From contig JAWODM010000034.1 of assembly GCA_046483305.1 (NCBI GenBank), positions 32,001 to 96,000 of the forward strand: a DNA stretch of 64,000 bases, given 5' to 3'. The translations under genes were made by a program, and so were the position numbers. The stretch comes from Candidatus Krumholzibacteriales bacterium (GTDB lineage: Bacteria > Krumholzibacteriota > Krumholzibacteriia > Krumholzibacteriales > WJIX01). Shown here piece after piece: positions 27,775 to 37,209 of this stretch; the first letter of the stretch is position 1; every line of letters begins with the position of its first letter. The notes beneath the pieces are model-generated. The model saw only the letters and a program-made list of their open reading frames with translations. It ran no database searches and was not told where the DNA came from.

Positions 27775-28480
27775 GAATGGTCTGATACTTTCTCTGGATA
27801 CTTCTCACCTCAGGGGCAGTTCGGCTGTCTCCACTGGCAGGGAGCTTCTGTCCGCGGTTTTCTTCAACGCCAGCGATACTCACTCGGCAACCCTGTTGCC
27901 GGCGGTAGATTCATCATTAAGGATGGCCGGGACGGCCCTGGAAGAGATAGAGAAATTCGCGGTGGTTATTGGACCGGGCAGCTTCACCGGCCTTCGAATA
28001 GGCCTTTCCACTATCAAGGCTTTCGCTTCGGTAAGGAAGAAACCGGTGTACACCGTAACCAGCCTGGAGCTTCTGGCGTCAGCTTTTCCCTATTCCGCTC
28101 TTCCTGTAGCTTCCGTTATAGATGCCAGGAGAAACCAGGTTTATTTCGGTCTTTACAACACCAGCTCCGGTATCCCCGAGCAGCTTATCGAACCGGTGGC
28201 GGTGGGGCCAGCCGGGGTCCCCGGCCTTATTTCCTCGGAGGCGGTGCCCGGCAAGACTCTTCTTTGCGGTACCGGAGCTCTCCGATACCTGGATATATTA
28301 AAATCAGAGAATCTTATATTTTCAGGAGAGGGCAGAGTTTTCCCTTCCGCATCCTTTATTCCCGGCCTGTTGGAGGGCAGAGAGCCGGTCAGCTTCGAGC
28401 GGCTGCCCGGGCTCGAACCCCTTTATATAAGGCCCCCGGATGCCAGGCCTTCAGTTAAACTGATGAATAAGCGGGGGTAG
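27767..28480 (+). CDS. tsaB: t6A biosynthesis protein TsaB
   Basis: LDTS, GPGSFTGLRIG, DARR and PLYIR. Confidence 0.92.
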   Translation: MDKNGLILSLDTSHLRGSSAVSTGRELLSAVFFNASDTHSATLLPAVDSSLRMAGTALEEIEKFAVVIGPGSFTGLRIGLSTIKAFASVRKKPVYTVTSLELLASAFPYSALPVASVIDARRNQVYFGLYNTSSGIPEQLIEPVAVGPAGVPGLISSEAVPGKTLLCGTGALRYLDILKSENLIFSGEGRVFPSASFIPGLLEGREPVSFERLPGLEPLYIRPPDARPSVKLMNKRG

Positions 28481-28482
28481 CT

Positions 28483-28932
28483 TTGATGCGGATCAAGGTG
28501 AGAGAAGCGACCGAAGGGGATATCAGCGATATTCTGAGAATAGAATCGGAGAGTTTCGAAATTCCCTGGCCTGAGGCGATGTTCAGGAATCAGCTGGAGC
28601 TCAGGCCCGTAACCCTGTTGTTGATCGCGGAAACCGCATCATCGGTGATCGGATATTCAGTGGTCTGGTTCGAGGGGCCTGATTCCCATATTCTCAATAT
28701 AGCTGTTGACCCTGAGTTAAGAAGGCGGGGAGTGGCCGGCAGAATGGTGGATGAGATTATCAGGATATCCCGGGAGAGGGGTTGCGGAAGGCTGTACCTG
28801 GAGGTAAGAGAAAATAATATACCCGCCAGGGATTTCTACCTGGAAAGGGGATTTCGGATGACGGGAACCATAGAGGGGTATTACCGGGACAGCGGAGAGG
28901 ACGCTCTTTTTCTTGAGCTTTCTTTGAGGTGA
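28483..28932 (+). CDS. rimI: Ribosomal-protein N-acetyltransferase RimI
   Basis: NIAV...RRRGVA, LEVRENN and YY...EDA. Confidence 0.88.
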   Translation: MMRIKVREATEGDISDILRIESESFEIPWPEAMFRNQLELRPVTLLLIAETASSVIGYSVVWFEGPDSHILNIAVDPELRRRGVAGRMVDEIIRISRERGCGRLYLEVRENNIPARDFYLERGFRMTGTIEGYYRDSGEDALFLELSLR

Positions 28933-29732
28933 GGTTCAGGATGGTATTAAAATCAGGGGATATAAAAGCGGATATTGCGGTTATTTTCGGCTCCGGGCTA
29001 TCCGTGTCCTCAGGAATCGGCTCTTTCCGCACCATTGCGGATTATGACGATGTAAAGCAGCTCCCTGTTCCCTCGGTTCCGGGGCATCCCGGGAGGATTG
29101 ATTACTTCAGGAGCGGGAATGGGACTGGAATGCTTCTGTTCATGGGAAGGTCTCATCTTTACGAGGGGATAAACTTCCGCCGGGCCGGGGCAACAGTCAG
29201 AACCGCGGCGGCGATGGGGTGCAGGAAGGTTCTGATAACCAATGCGGCAGGGTGCCTGGTCCCCGGTATTCCCATGGGGAGCTGGCTTGCCCCCGGCAGC
29301 GTGGCCGCTCTGCCAATCCGCCGCCGGGCCGCCGGTGGCCAGGAGAACTTCCGTTACCGTTTCGGCAGAAAAGGAGGCGTCTGCCGCCGTTTCCGGGGCC
29401 TGGTGATAGATTCAGCCCTGAAGGCCGGGCTGAGAGTATTCACCGGGAACCTGTTCTGGAATTCGGGGCCGTGTTACGAAACCCCGGCCGAAGCGCGGGC
29501 CTGCAGAATTATGGGAGCGGATGCGGTTACCATGTCGGTGATGCCGGAATTGACGGCTGCGGGCGAACTCGGCCTGGACGCGGCGGTTCTGAGCTGTATG
29601 ACCAATTACACCCCCAATATTTCCGGGCCCGGGCAATCTCACACGGGAGTGGTGGATAAGTGCAATACGGAAAGGGCGGGATTGCTGGAATTGTTAAGAT
29701 ATCTCAGTGAGGAGGGAAGCCGGGATGGCTGA
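28929..29732 (+). CDS. Purine-nucleoside phosphorylase (trimeric family), divergent
   Basis: GSGL, VPGHPG, GRSHLYEG, TNAAG, GPCYETPAE and GADAVTMS. Confidence 0.8.
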   Translation: MRFRMVLKSGDIKADIAVIFGSGLSVSSGIGSFRTIADYDDVKQLPVPSVPGHPGRIDYFRSGNGTGMLLFMGRSHLYEGINFRRAGATVRTAAAMGCRKVLITNAAGCLVPGIPMGSWLAPGSVAALPIRRRAAGGQENFRYRFGRKGGVCRRFRGLVIDSALKAGLRVFTGNLFWNSGPCYETPAEARACRIMGADAVTMSVMPELTAAGELGLDAAVLSCMTNYTPNISGPGQSHTGVVDKCNTERAGLLELLRYLSEEGSRDG

Positions 29733-29852
29733 AAGCGGAGGCAAAAAAGGAATAAAAGGTTTGTGAGAACCGGCGCTTCGGTGTTAAATTAATATAAATG
29801 GACGGATTCCGTATAATGTCCGGCCGCGGATGAGCTTACCTGTAATTATTCT

Positions 29853-29880
29853 TTGACAGGCCGGCTGGATCTTTTATACT
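29853..29880 (+). promoter_or_regulatory. Sigma70 promoter upstream of accD
   Basis: TTGACA, 16 nt, TATACT. Confidence 0.55.
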
Positions 29881-29904
29881 CGGGGTGTAAACCAGAGGGG
29901 TATT

Positions 29905-30810
29905 ATGAACTGGTTAAAAAGGGCCAGAAAAGGGATAAGAACCTGGCGAAGAAAGAATATTCCGGAAGGCCTCTGGAGGAAATGCCCTTCCTGCGGCGAG
30001 ATCCTTTACAGGGAAAATCTGGAGAAGAATCTTTCCGTCTGCGCAAACTGCGGCAATCATTTCCGCATATCCCCGGATGCATACCTGAGAATCCTGTTTG
30101 ACGAAGGCAGTTTCACCGAGTCCGATCCCGATCTCAGTCCCACCGACCCGCTGAAATTCAAGGACAGGAAGAAATACCCGAATAGAATCAAGGATGCCCA
30201 GAAGAAATCAAAGAGAAAATCAGCGGTGGTAACGGGGACGGCGGAGATTAACGGAATCAGGGTTGCTCTAGCCGTAATGGACTTCTCATTTCTGGGCGGA
30301 AGCATGGGATCAGTAGTGGGAGAGAAGATAGCCAGAACTGTCAGGACAGCGATCAGGGAACGGGTACCTTTCCTGATGGTTTCCGCCTCGGGGGGAGCCA
30401 GGATGCAGGAATCCATACTTTCTCTGATGCAGATGGCCAAGACTTCCGCGGCGGTCGCCCTGCTGGACAGAGCGAATCTTCCATTCATTTCGATTCTAAC
30501 CAATCCGACCACCGGAGGAGTAGCCGCCTCTTTCGCTTTCCAGGGTGATGTGATCATAGCCGAACCTAAGGCTCTTGTCGGTTTTGCCGGCCCGCGTGTA
30601 ATCAGGGAGACTGTAGGGGAGGAGCTCCCCGAAGGTTTTCAGCGTTCCGAATTCCTTCTCGAACGCGGTATGATAGATATGATTGTCTCCCGGGAAGATC
30701 TGAAGCGGACGGTGGGTTTCATTATCGAGAGTTTTGTTAAGGGAAATCCTTGCAGAGAGAAGGAAGAGAACGTGGATGATAGTAGCAAATCACTCTCGCT
30801 CATCTGGTAG
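29905..30810 (+). CDS. accD: Acetyl-CoA carboxylase carboxyltransferase beta subunit
   Basis: C4 zinc finger, GGSMGSVVGEK, SGGARMQE and GFAGPRVI. Confidence 0.96.
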   Translation: MNWLKRARKGIRTWRRKNIPEGLWRKCPSCGEILYRENLEKNLSVCANCGNHFRISPDAYLRILFDEGSFTESDPDLSPTDPLKFKDRKKYPNRIKDAQKKSKRKSAVVTGTAEINGIRVALAVMDFSFLGGSMGSVVGEKIARTVRTAIRERVPFLMVSASGGARMQESILSLMQMAKTSAAVALLDRANLPFISILTNPTTGGVAASFAFQGDVIIAEPKALVGFAGPRVIRETVGEELPEGFQRSEFLLERGMIDMIVSREDLKRTVGFIIESFVKGNPCREKEENVDDSSKSLSLIW

Positions 30811-32098
30811 GGGCAGGCCCTTTTCAAATATAGAATTCCTCTATTCACTCAGACCGACAAATATGAAGCTCGGGCTGGAAAACATTACCGCGGTACTCGA
30901 TTATCTGGGTAATCCTCAGAAAAGATTCCCTTCCGTCCTGGTTGCCGGGACAAATGGCAAGGGCTCGGTTTCCGCGTATTTAACTTCAATTCTCAGGGTG
31001 GCAGGGTTGAAGACAGGAACTTTCTATTCGCCTCACCTGTTCAGGATAAACGAAAGGATCCAGGTAAATGGCAGGGAGATACCTTCATGGGTATTGGATG
31101 CTTATCTGGGCGAGCTGAGGGGTATTCACTCAGACTGCCCGTTTACTTTCTTTGAGGGGGTGACGGCGGCGGCTATCCTTCATTTTGTGGAAAGCGAAGT
31201 GGACGCCGCCGTCTTTGAGGTCGGGCTGGGAGGAAGGCTGGACGCAACCCGGCTGGTAAGTTCCATTCTTTCGGTGATTACCGGTATATCGATAGATCAT
31301 ACCAGGCACCTGGGAAGCACCAGAGAGGAAATCCTGCATGAGAAGCTGGGTGTGGTGAAGAAGGGGATACCGGCGGTGGTGAACCTGGAAAGCCGGCCGC
31401 TTATCTCCATCGCCCGGGAATTCTGCGGCAGGGCAGGTTCTCCGATATACAATGCTGATGCGGAGGCAGAAACTGAGCTGAAGAGCATGAGGGCGGAAAA
31501 GATGCTTTTCAGTTTGAAGACAGAAAGTTATGATTACGGCGATCTCGAATCCCGGATTATCGGGGAGCACCAGCTCAGGAATATTACAACCGCGGTCAGG
31601 TCAGCCGAGGTTCTTTCCGGTATAATGGGCGTTGATTTACGCCGTTATATAAGTGATGGGGTCGGGAAAGCTTTCTTGCCGGGCAGATTTCAGGTTCTGA
31701 GCGGGAGGCCGAGGATTATCATGGACGTATCCCATAATGAGCAGTCGCTGCTCGGTTCCATATCCACCCTCAGGGCGGTATCAGAGCCGGAACATAACAT
31801 AATAGTGTTCGGCTGTATGGAAAGAAAGGATCTGGGGTCTTTCCCGGCGAAGGCTGAGGGCTCTTCCAGGATTCTTCTGCTAGCCCCTCTGAAAGGTTCC
31901 GGGGCGGCGGCCGGGGAAGATCTGGCGGCCCGTTTTGATCTAAAAGGAAAAGCGGCCGGAGCCGCGGGGACCGCGCCGCTGCTCTGTGCCGGTATGAGAG
32001 AAGCCCTGGAACTCGCACTTGATTCCGCCGAAAGGGACGACACCCTGCTGGTGCTCGGTTCGCACCACGCCGTCGAAGAGGCGTTATCATTCTTATGA
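30776..32098 (+). CDS. folC: Folylpolyglutamate synthase / dihydrofolate synthase
   Basis: AGTNGKGS, SPHL, EVGLGGRLDAT and PGRFQ. Confidence 0.92.
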   Translation: MIVANHSRSSGRGRPFSNIEFLYSLRPTNMKLGLENITAVLDYLGNPQKRFPSVLVAGTNGKGSVSAYLTSILRVAGLKTGTFYSPHLFRINERIQVNGREIPSWVLDAYLGELRGIHSDCPFTFFEGVTAAAILHFVESEVDAAVFEVGLGGRLDATRLVSSILSVITGISIDHTRHLGSTREEILHEKLGVVKKGIPAVVNLESRPLISIAREFCGRAGSPIYNADAEAETELKSMRAEKMLFSLKTESYDYGDLESRIIGEHQLRNITTAVRSAEVLSGIMGVDLRRYISDGVGKAFLPGRFQVLSGRPRIIMDVSHNEQSLLGSISTLRAVSEPEHNIIVFGCMERKDLGSFPAKAEGSSRILLLAPLKGSGAAAGEDLAARFDLKGKAAGAAGTAPLLCAGMREALELALDSAERDDTLLVLGSHHAVEEALSFL

Positions 32099-32112
32099 GG
32101 GAAAGGAAGAAT

Positions 32113-33045
32113 ATGAACACTATGTACGGCGTAGATATAGGAGGGACCAACGTTAAACTTGCGGTGGTCAATGAAGCCGGGGATATTCTGCACAGAGGGA
32201 TGATACCCACCGAACCTTCTTCAGGCCCCCGGAAAACCGCCTCCCGGGTTGCCGAATGGTTCGAGGAGCAGGGCCCGCTGCCCGGAGATGTAACCGGAGC
32301 CGGGGTGGGCTGCGCCGGGTTGATTAACCATCAGGAAGGTTTGCTTTATTCTTCGCCGAATCTTCCCGGGTGGGAAGGGGCCCGGCTGATGGAAATATTC
32401 AGGGAGGAGCTCTCCCTGCCGGTGACAATTGATAACGACGCTAACTGCGCTGCATACGGGGAGTATTTCTTTGGAGCAGGAAAGGGATACGATAATTTTG
32501 TCTGCATAACCCTGGGAACCGGTGTAGGCGGGGGAATAATAATCGACGGCAATCTTTACCGGGGGGAATTCGGGCAGGCCGGGGAGCTGGGCCACACAAA
32601 GGTAGTTGCCGGAGGAGAGCTCTGCTCCTGCGGTAGCCGGGGCTGCCTGGAAGCATATATCAAGGCGGAGGCTATCGTGGAACGGGCCCTGGGGATGATA
32701 GAGAACGGCGACGCTTCAGTCCTTTCGGAAAAGGAAAGGGTAACGGTCAAGGATATTTCCGAAGCTGCCGGCAGCGGCGATGAAGTCGCGGCAGAGGCCC
32801 TGAGAATTACCGGATGGTACCTGGGGATAGGATTATCCAATGTGGCACACCTTATAAACCCGGGCGCTATAGCGGTCGGCGGCGGGGTGGCCATGGCGGG
32901 CCGGCATATTATGGGCCCGGCAACTGATTCTCTGAGCGAACACGTGATGAATGAAATATTTATGAATGTCAGCATTGTTCCCGCGGAGCTGGGCAATAGC
33001 GCTTCGAGTATCGGGGCGGCTATGCTGGCCTCTGAGAAGAGCTGA
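32113..33045 (+). CDS. ROK-family sugar kinase (glucokinase-like)
   Basis: DIGGT, NDANCAA, GTGVGGG, ELGH and CSCGSRGCLE. Confidence 0.9.
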   Translation: MNTMYGVDIGGTNVKLAVVNEAGDILHRGMIPTEPSSGPRKTASRVAEWFEEQGPLPGDVTGAGVGCAGLINHQEGLLYSSPNLPGWEGARLMEIFREELSLPVTIDNDANCAAYGEYFFGAGKGYDNFVCITLGTGVGGGIIIDGNLYRGEFGQAGELGHTKVVAGGELCSCGSRGCLEAYIKAEAIVERALGMIENGDASVLSEKERVTVKDISEAAGSGDEVAAEALRITGWYLGIGLSNVAHLINPGAIAVGGGVAMAGRHIMGPATDSLSEHVMNEIFMNVSIVPAELGNSASSIGAAMLASEKS

Positions 33046-33108
33046 CACGGCAGGAGTTGTTGCGGCAGCGCCCGCCGAGCGGATGATAGATGAAGATGCC
33101 TTAATAAA

Positions 33109-36100
33109 GTGGAGCTGCGTTTGAGAAGAACGGTTCTGAACATAATTATTTTTCTGGCTTTTCTTGCCCTGCCGCCCCGGGATTCTGTGGCTCAGGCGAC
33201 AGGGGAAAGAGGAAGCAGCAGCGCTGATTCAACTCTCTACCAATGGAAGGCGGGGAATCTGAAATTCAGGGAAGTTGAGGGGAAGAGGGTGGTGTTTCTC
33301 AGCGACAGCGTCAGAATTGACCACCAGGCCGCCACTATTACATCCCTTACCGGGATGCACTACCTGGATGAGAAAAAATTCATACTGGAGGATGAAGTTC
33401 ACGCCGTGGACGGGACCATGGAGATTTTCGGGGAGATAGGAAAATATTTCGGCCTGGAGAATATTCTGACCATCGAGAAGAATGTCAGGTGCCTGGATCG
33501 CGGAATGGAGGTGACCTGTGAGAGGGGACGATACAACAGGGTTTCCACAACGGTTTTTCTTACCGGAAATGTAGTTCTTACGGACAGTACCCGGGAACTT
33601 TACGCGGATACGGTCATTTATAACCGGAATACCGGGATAGCAAATGCCTACGGGTCGGTTGTTATCATCAATCCCGCCCAGGATTATTCGATCTCGGGAC
33701 CCCATGCAAGGTATGACCGTGAGAAATCAGAGGCATATATGGACGGCTATCCGGTTCTGATCTTTGACCGGAGCCAGCAGGAGCCGGGCCGTATAAAGTC
33801 CGCGGAGATGCTTTTCAATATGGAACTGGACCGGGGAACAGCGGTGGGGGACGTCAGGATAATCAAGGGGGAAACCTCCGCGGAATGCGACTCAGCGATT
33901 ATTTTTAACGATCAGGGTTATGTCGAGCTTCTGGGGGATCCCAGATCCAGGAGCGGCCTGTCGGAGATGAGGGGAAAGAGGACAGGAATCTATTTCTCCG
34001 AAAGAGAAGTCAATACCATCATACTGCCGGAATTCGGGCGTATTTCCGAGAAACCGCCCAGGGGGTCGCGGTGGTGGAAGGATTCGTGGATTGAGGGTGA
34101 TTCGATAGTAATTCATCTCTCCGATGAAGATGTGGATTCGGTAAGGGTTTTCGGCAGCGCCAGGGCGATGTACTACCCTTCGGAAAGTGAAAAGGGAAAG
34201 GTCTCCAATAATTTCTCCAGCGGGGATACCATGTTCTTCAGGTTCAGGAGGAAAAACCTGATCTATGTCAATGTAACCGGTAACACCGAGGGGATTTATA
34301 AGTATATGCACCTGGAGGATAATGAAACCATAGACAGCCTGGCGGCGGAAACTGATACCGCGCTTACCTACCGGGATTTTAACAGCGAATCGGAGAAAAT
34401 CAAATACAGCGGCAACAATATAGAATACTTCGCCGATACCGAAGATATCAGTATCGACCGGTCAGCCAGCATTGATTACCAGAACAAGACCCTGGAAGCC
34501 GATCACATAGACTTCAATTCGAAGCTCAATATACTGAAGGCTGAAGGCAGCCCGGTGCTCAAGGAGCACAATCAGGAGATGTACGGCTATGAGATGGGTT
34601 ACGATATGGACCGTAATGGGGGGCTGGTCACCAGCGGATCCACCCAGTATGACAACGGTTATTACAGGGGGGGACATATCTTCAAGGATGGCAAGGACAT
34701 ACTGAAGGTATACGATTCCATATATACTACCTGCGATCTTAAGAGCCCCCATTACTCTTTCCGTTCTCACAGGATGAAGGTATATATGGACGATAAGGTG
34801 GTATCGGGGCCTATTACCCTCTATCTGGGCGAGATGCCGATATTCTATCTCCCTTTCATGGCTAATTCTATCAGGAGGGACCGGCATTCCGGTATTCTGA
34901 GGCCGAATTTCGATATCGGGATCAACAGCAGGGACGGAAGGTTTATCAGGGGGCTGGGTTACTACTGGGCAACCAACGATTATACCGACTTCACATTAAC
35001 CGGGGATTTCAATGAATATCAGAATATCAGGTTTCATCTGGAGAACCGTTATAAGGTCAGGTATCTACTGAACGGAAATGCCGATTTCAACTTCGTGAGG
35101 AATTTCCGGGATAAGACCAGTGAATGGACGGTCAACGCTTCCCATAATCAGACATTCAGCAAAACATCTTCGTTCAGAAGCAATTTGAAATTCGTAAGCA
35201 GTGATCAGGCACAGAGGGCGTTGAACAACGTTGACGATGTTGACAGGGTAGTGGACCGGAGGATATATTCAACGGCCAGCTATAATAAAAGCTGGGGGGG
35301 GACCCGGCTGGGACTTTCCGCGAACAGGGACCAGAAACTGAATGTGGACAGCCCCACTGATACAAGGATATCCTCCACCCTTCCTCGATTCTCTCTCAAC
35401 TTTCCCAGAATTTCCCTGTGGTTCGGCGGGAAGCGTAAGGGGAGCGAAAGATCGATCTGGGAGAGAGCCCTGAGAAGCATCACCTTCAGCCCCAATCTCA
35501 GAGGGGAAAGGAGAGAGAGGATAAGCGAAGCTGAAGAGACCACGGAGCTTTCCGCCAGTTCCGGATTAGGCCTCAGCCAGCAGCATAAAATACTGTTCCT
35601 TAATTTCTCTCCCTCCATGAGTTTGAACTGGAATTACTCCAACATATTGAGCGACCGGGTGGATACAACTTATATTAAGAGAGATTCCAGGGAGGGAGAG
35701 GTGGAAAATGAATATTCGATGAGATTTGGAGCGGGAATAGGAACCACCCTTTACGGTATATTCTACCCCCGATTAGGACCGGTCAGCGGAATAAGGCATA
35801 CCTTCAATCCGTCTTTCAATTACAGCTATACGCCCAGGCTTCGGGAGGGACAGGTGATGAACAGATCCCTGAGCTACTCCGTGAGGAACATTATTGATCT
35901 CAAGGTGAGGCAGGGGGATGAGGTGGTTAAGAAGAATAACGTACTGACATGGAACATAAGTGGAAACTACGATCCGGATAGAGAGAAGGGACAGCGGTTC
36001 TCCAATATCAGAAGCGGCTTGAGGACATCTCTGGGAGGCAAATTGTCCCTGAGCCTGAACCAGACTTACGATCCCAGGGAGAAAGAGATTATATCTACCA

Positions 36101-36567
36101 GTTTCAACGCGGACCTGGCTCTGAGCGGATCATTCTCGTATCCCGCCACGTGGTCCGTTAAGCAACAGGAGAGGGTCGCCGCGGCCGCTTCCGGAGCCGG
36201 TAATGGAGGGGGCGGCGAAACCGGCCCCGGCGAAAGAAACTGGTCACTGGCGGTGGGATACAGTTTTTCGGAGAGGGGTTCCGGAACCTTCTCCAGTGTC
36301 ACCAGCAAGGTCGATCTGAGGGGCAATATTTCACTGACCAGAAACTGGAGGATATCGTACTCCGGTTATTATGACCTGGATGCGGATCAATTCACCAGCC
36401 AGCAGTATACACTGGAGAGAGACCTTCACTGCTGGAAAGCGAGCTTCATTCACCGAAGATTCGGTAACGAATGGAGTTACTACTTTCAGATATCGGTTAA
36501 GGAGCTGCCCGATATAATGTATGAACGGGGCAAGCGGGGGATAAGAAGTTCGGTCCCGTATATGTAG
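33109..36567 (+). CDS. lptD: LPS-assembly protein LptD with a long N-terminal OstA/LptA-like beta-jellyroll region
   Basis: Repeated OstA-type strands, YTTCD...PHY and C-terminal RDLHCW; 1152 aa. Confidence 0.82.
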   Translation: MELRLRRTVLNIIIFLAFLALPPRDSVAQATGERGSSSADSTLYQWKAGNLKFREVEGKRVVFLSDSVRIDHQAATITSLTGMHYLDEKKFILEDEVHAVDGTMEIFGEIGKYFGLENILTIEKNVRCLDRGMEVTCERGRYNRVSTTVFLTGNVVLTDSTRELYADTVIYNRNTGIANAYGSVVIINPAQDYSISGPHARYDREKSEAYMDGYPVLIFDRSQQEPGRIKSAEMLFNMELDRGTAVGDVRIIKGETSAECDSAIIFNDQGYVELLGDPRSRSGLSEMRGKRTGIYFSEREVNTIILPEFGRISEKPPRGSRWWKDSWIEGDSIVIHLSDEDVDSVRVFGSARAMYYPSESEKGKVSNNFSSGDTMFFRFRRKNLIYVNVTGNTEGIYKYMHLEDNETIDSLAAETDTALTYRDFNSESEKIKYSGNNIEYFADTEDISIDRSASIDYQNKTLEADHIDFNSKLNILKAEGSPVLKEHNQEMYGYEMGYDMDRNGGLVTSGSTQYDNGYYRGGHIFKDGKDILKVYDSIYTTCDLKSPHYSFRSHRMKVYMDDKVVSGPITLYLGEMPIFYLPFMANSIRRDRHSGILRPNFDIGINSRDGRFIRGLGYYWATNDYTDFTLTGDFNEYQNIRFHLENRYKVRYLLNGNADFNFVRNFRDKTSEWTVNASHNQTFSKTSSFRSNLKFVSSDQAQRALNNVDDVDRVVDRRIYSTASYNKSWGGTRLGLSANRDQKLNVDSPTDTRISSTLPRFSLNFPRISLWFGGKRKGSERSIWERALRSITFSPNLRGERRERISEAEETTELSASSGLGLSQQHKILFLNFSPSMSLNWNYSNILSDRVDTTYIKRDSREGEVENEYSMRFGAGIGTTLYGIFYPRLGPVSGIRHTFNPSFNYSYTPRLREGQVMNRSLSYSVRNIIDLKVRQGDEVVKKNNVLTWNISGNYDPDREKGQRFSNIRSGLRTSLGGKLSLSLNQTYDPREKEIISTSFNADLALSGSFSYPATWSVKQQERVAAAASGAGNGGGGETGPGERNWSLAVGYSFSERGSGTFSSVTSKVDLRGNISLTRNWRISYSGYYDLDADQFTSQQYTLERDLHCWKASFIHRRFGNEWSYYFQISVKELPDIMYERGKRGIRSSVPYM

Positions 36568-36651
36568 CCGGCACGGACTGGCCGGGGGTTAAAACCTCAA
36601 AAGCTGGCAATGAAAGATTTAGAAGAAACCTTATTTTAAAGGAAATAAGTG

Positions 36652-36680
36652 TTGACAGACATTTTTTCTGTAGCTAAAGT
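36652..36680 (+). promoter_or_regulatory. Sigma70 promoter for HU
   Basis: TTGACA, 17 nt, TAAAGT; strong AAGGAGGT RBS downstream. Confidence 0.55.
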
Positions 36681-36721
36681 AGCGATGTATTTATTTCTTG
36701 AAAAGGTAAAGGAGGTGTAGG

Positions 36722-37012
36722 ATGAACAAAACTGAATTGATTGAAAAGGTTGCTGATAAAACGAATTTGACTCGTAAAGATGCTAAAGCCGCGGTAGACG
36801 CTATCTTCAGCACAGCGCCAAGAGAAGGTATTATCGCAGGCGAACTGTCCAAGGGCAAGAGAGTCCAAATTACTGGATTCGGCACATTTTCACGTCGTAA
36901 GCGCAAAAAGCGTAAGGGACGCAATCCTCAGACTGGAGCAACAATTACTATCCCGGCGACGAAATATCCAGCCTTTAAAGCCGGAAAGGCTCTGAAGGAA
37001 CGTGTCGAGTAA
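36722..37012 (+). CDS. hup: DNA-binding protein HU
   Basis: MNKTELI, GFGTF, GRNPQTG and [10 protein letters not shown]. Confidence 0.95.
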   Translation: MNKTELIEKVADKTNLTRKDAKAAVDAIFSTAPREGIIAGELSKGKRVQITGFGTFSRRKRKKRKGRNPQTGATITIPATKYPAFKAGKALKERVE

Positions 37013-37028
37013 TAGTATTAAATATTAT

Positions 37029-37073
37029 AAAATGGAAGCAGGTGGATTAATCTTCATCTGCTTCCATTTTTTT
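37029..37073 (+). terminator. Intrinsic (likely bidirectional) terminator after HU
   Basis: AAAATGGAAGCAG...CTGCTTCCATTTT followed by further T residues. Confidence 0.85.
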
Positions 37074-37209
37074 ATATATCTGACCCGGCGGGAGCGGATA
37101 TCCGGAACCGTCTTGAATAAGATGACGGGTTGAATTATATTATTCCAGGCCGGTGTTAATCTGAAACAGGCATTCGGTGATACCGTTCAACAAATCAGGA
37201 AAGCTGTGT

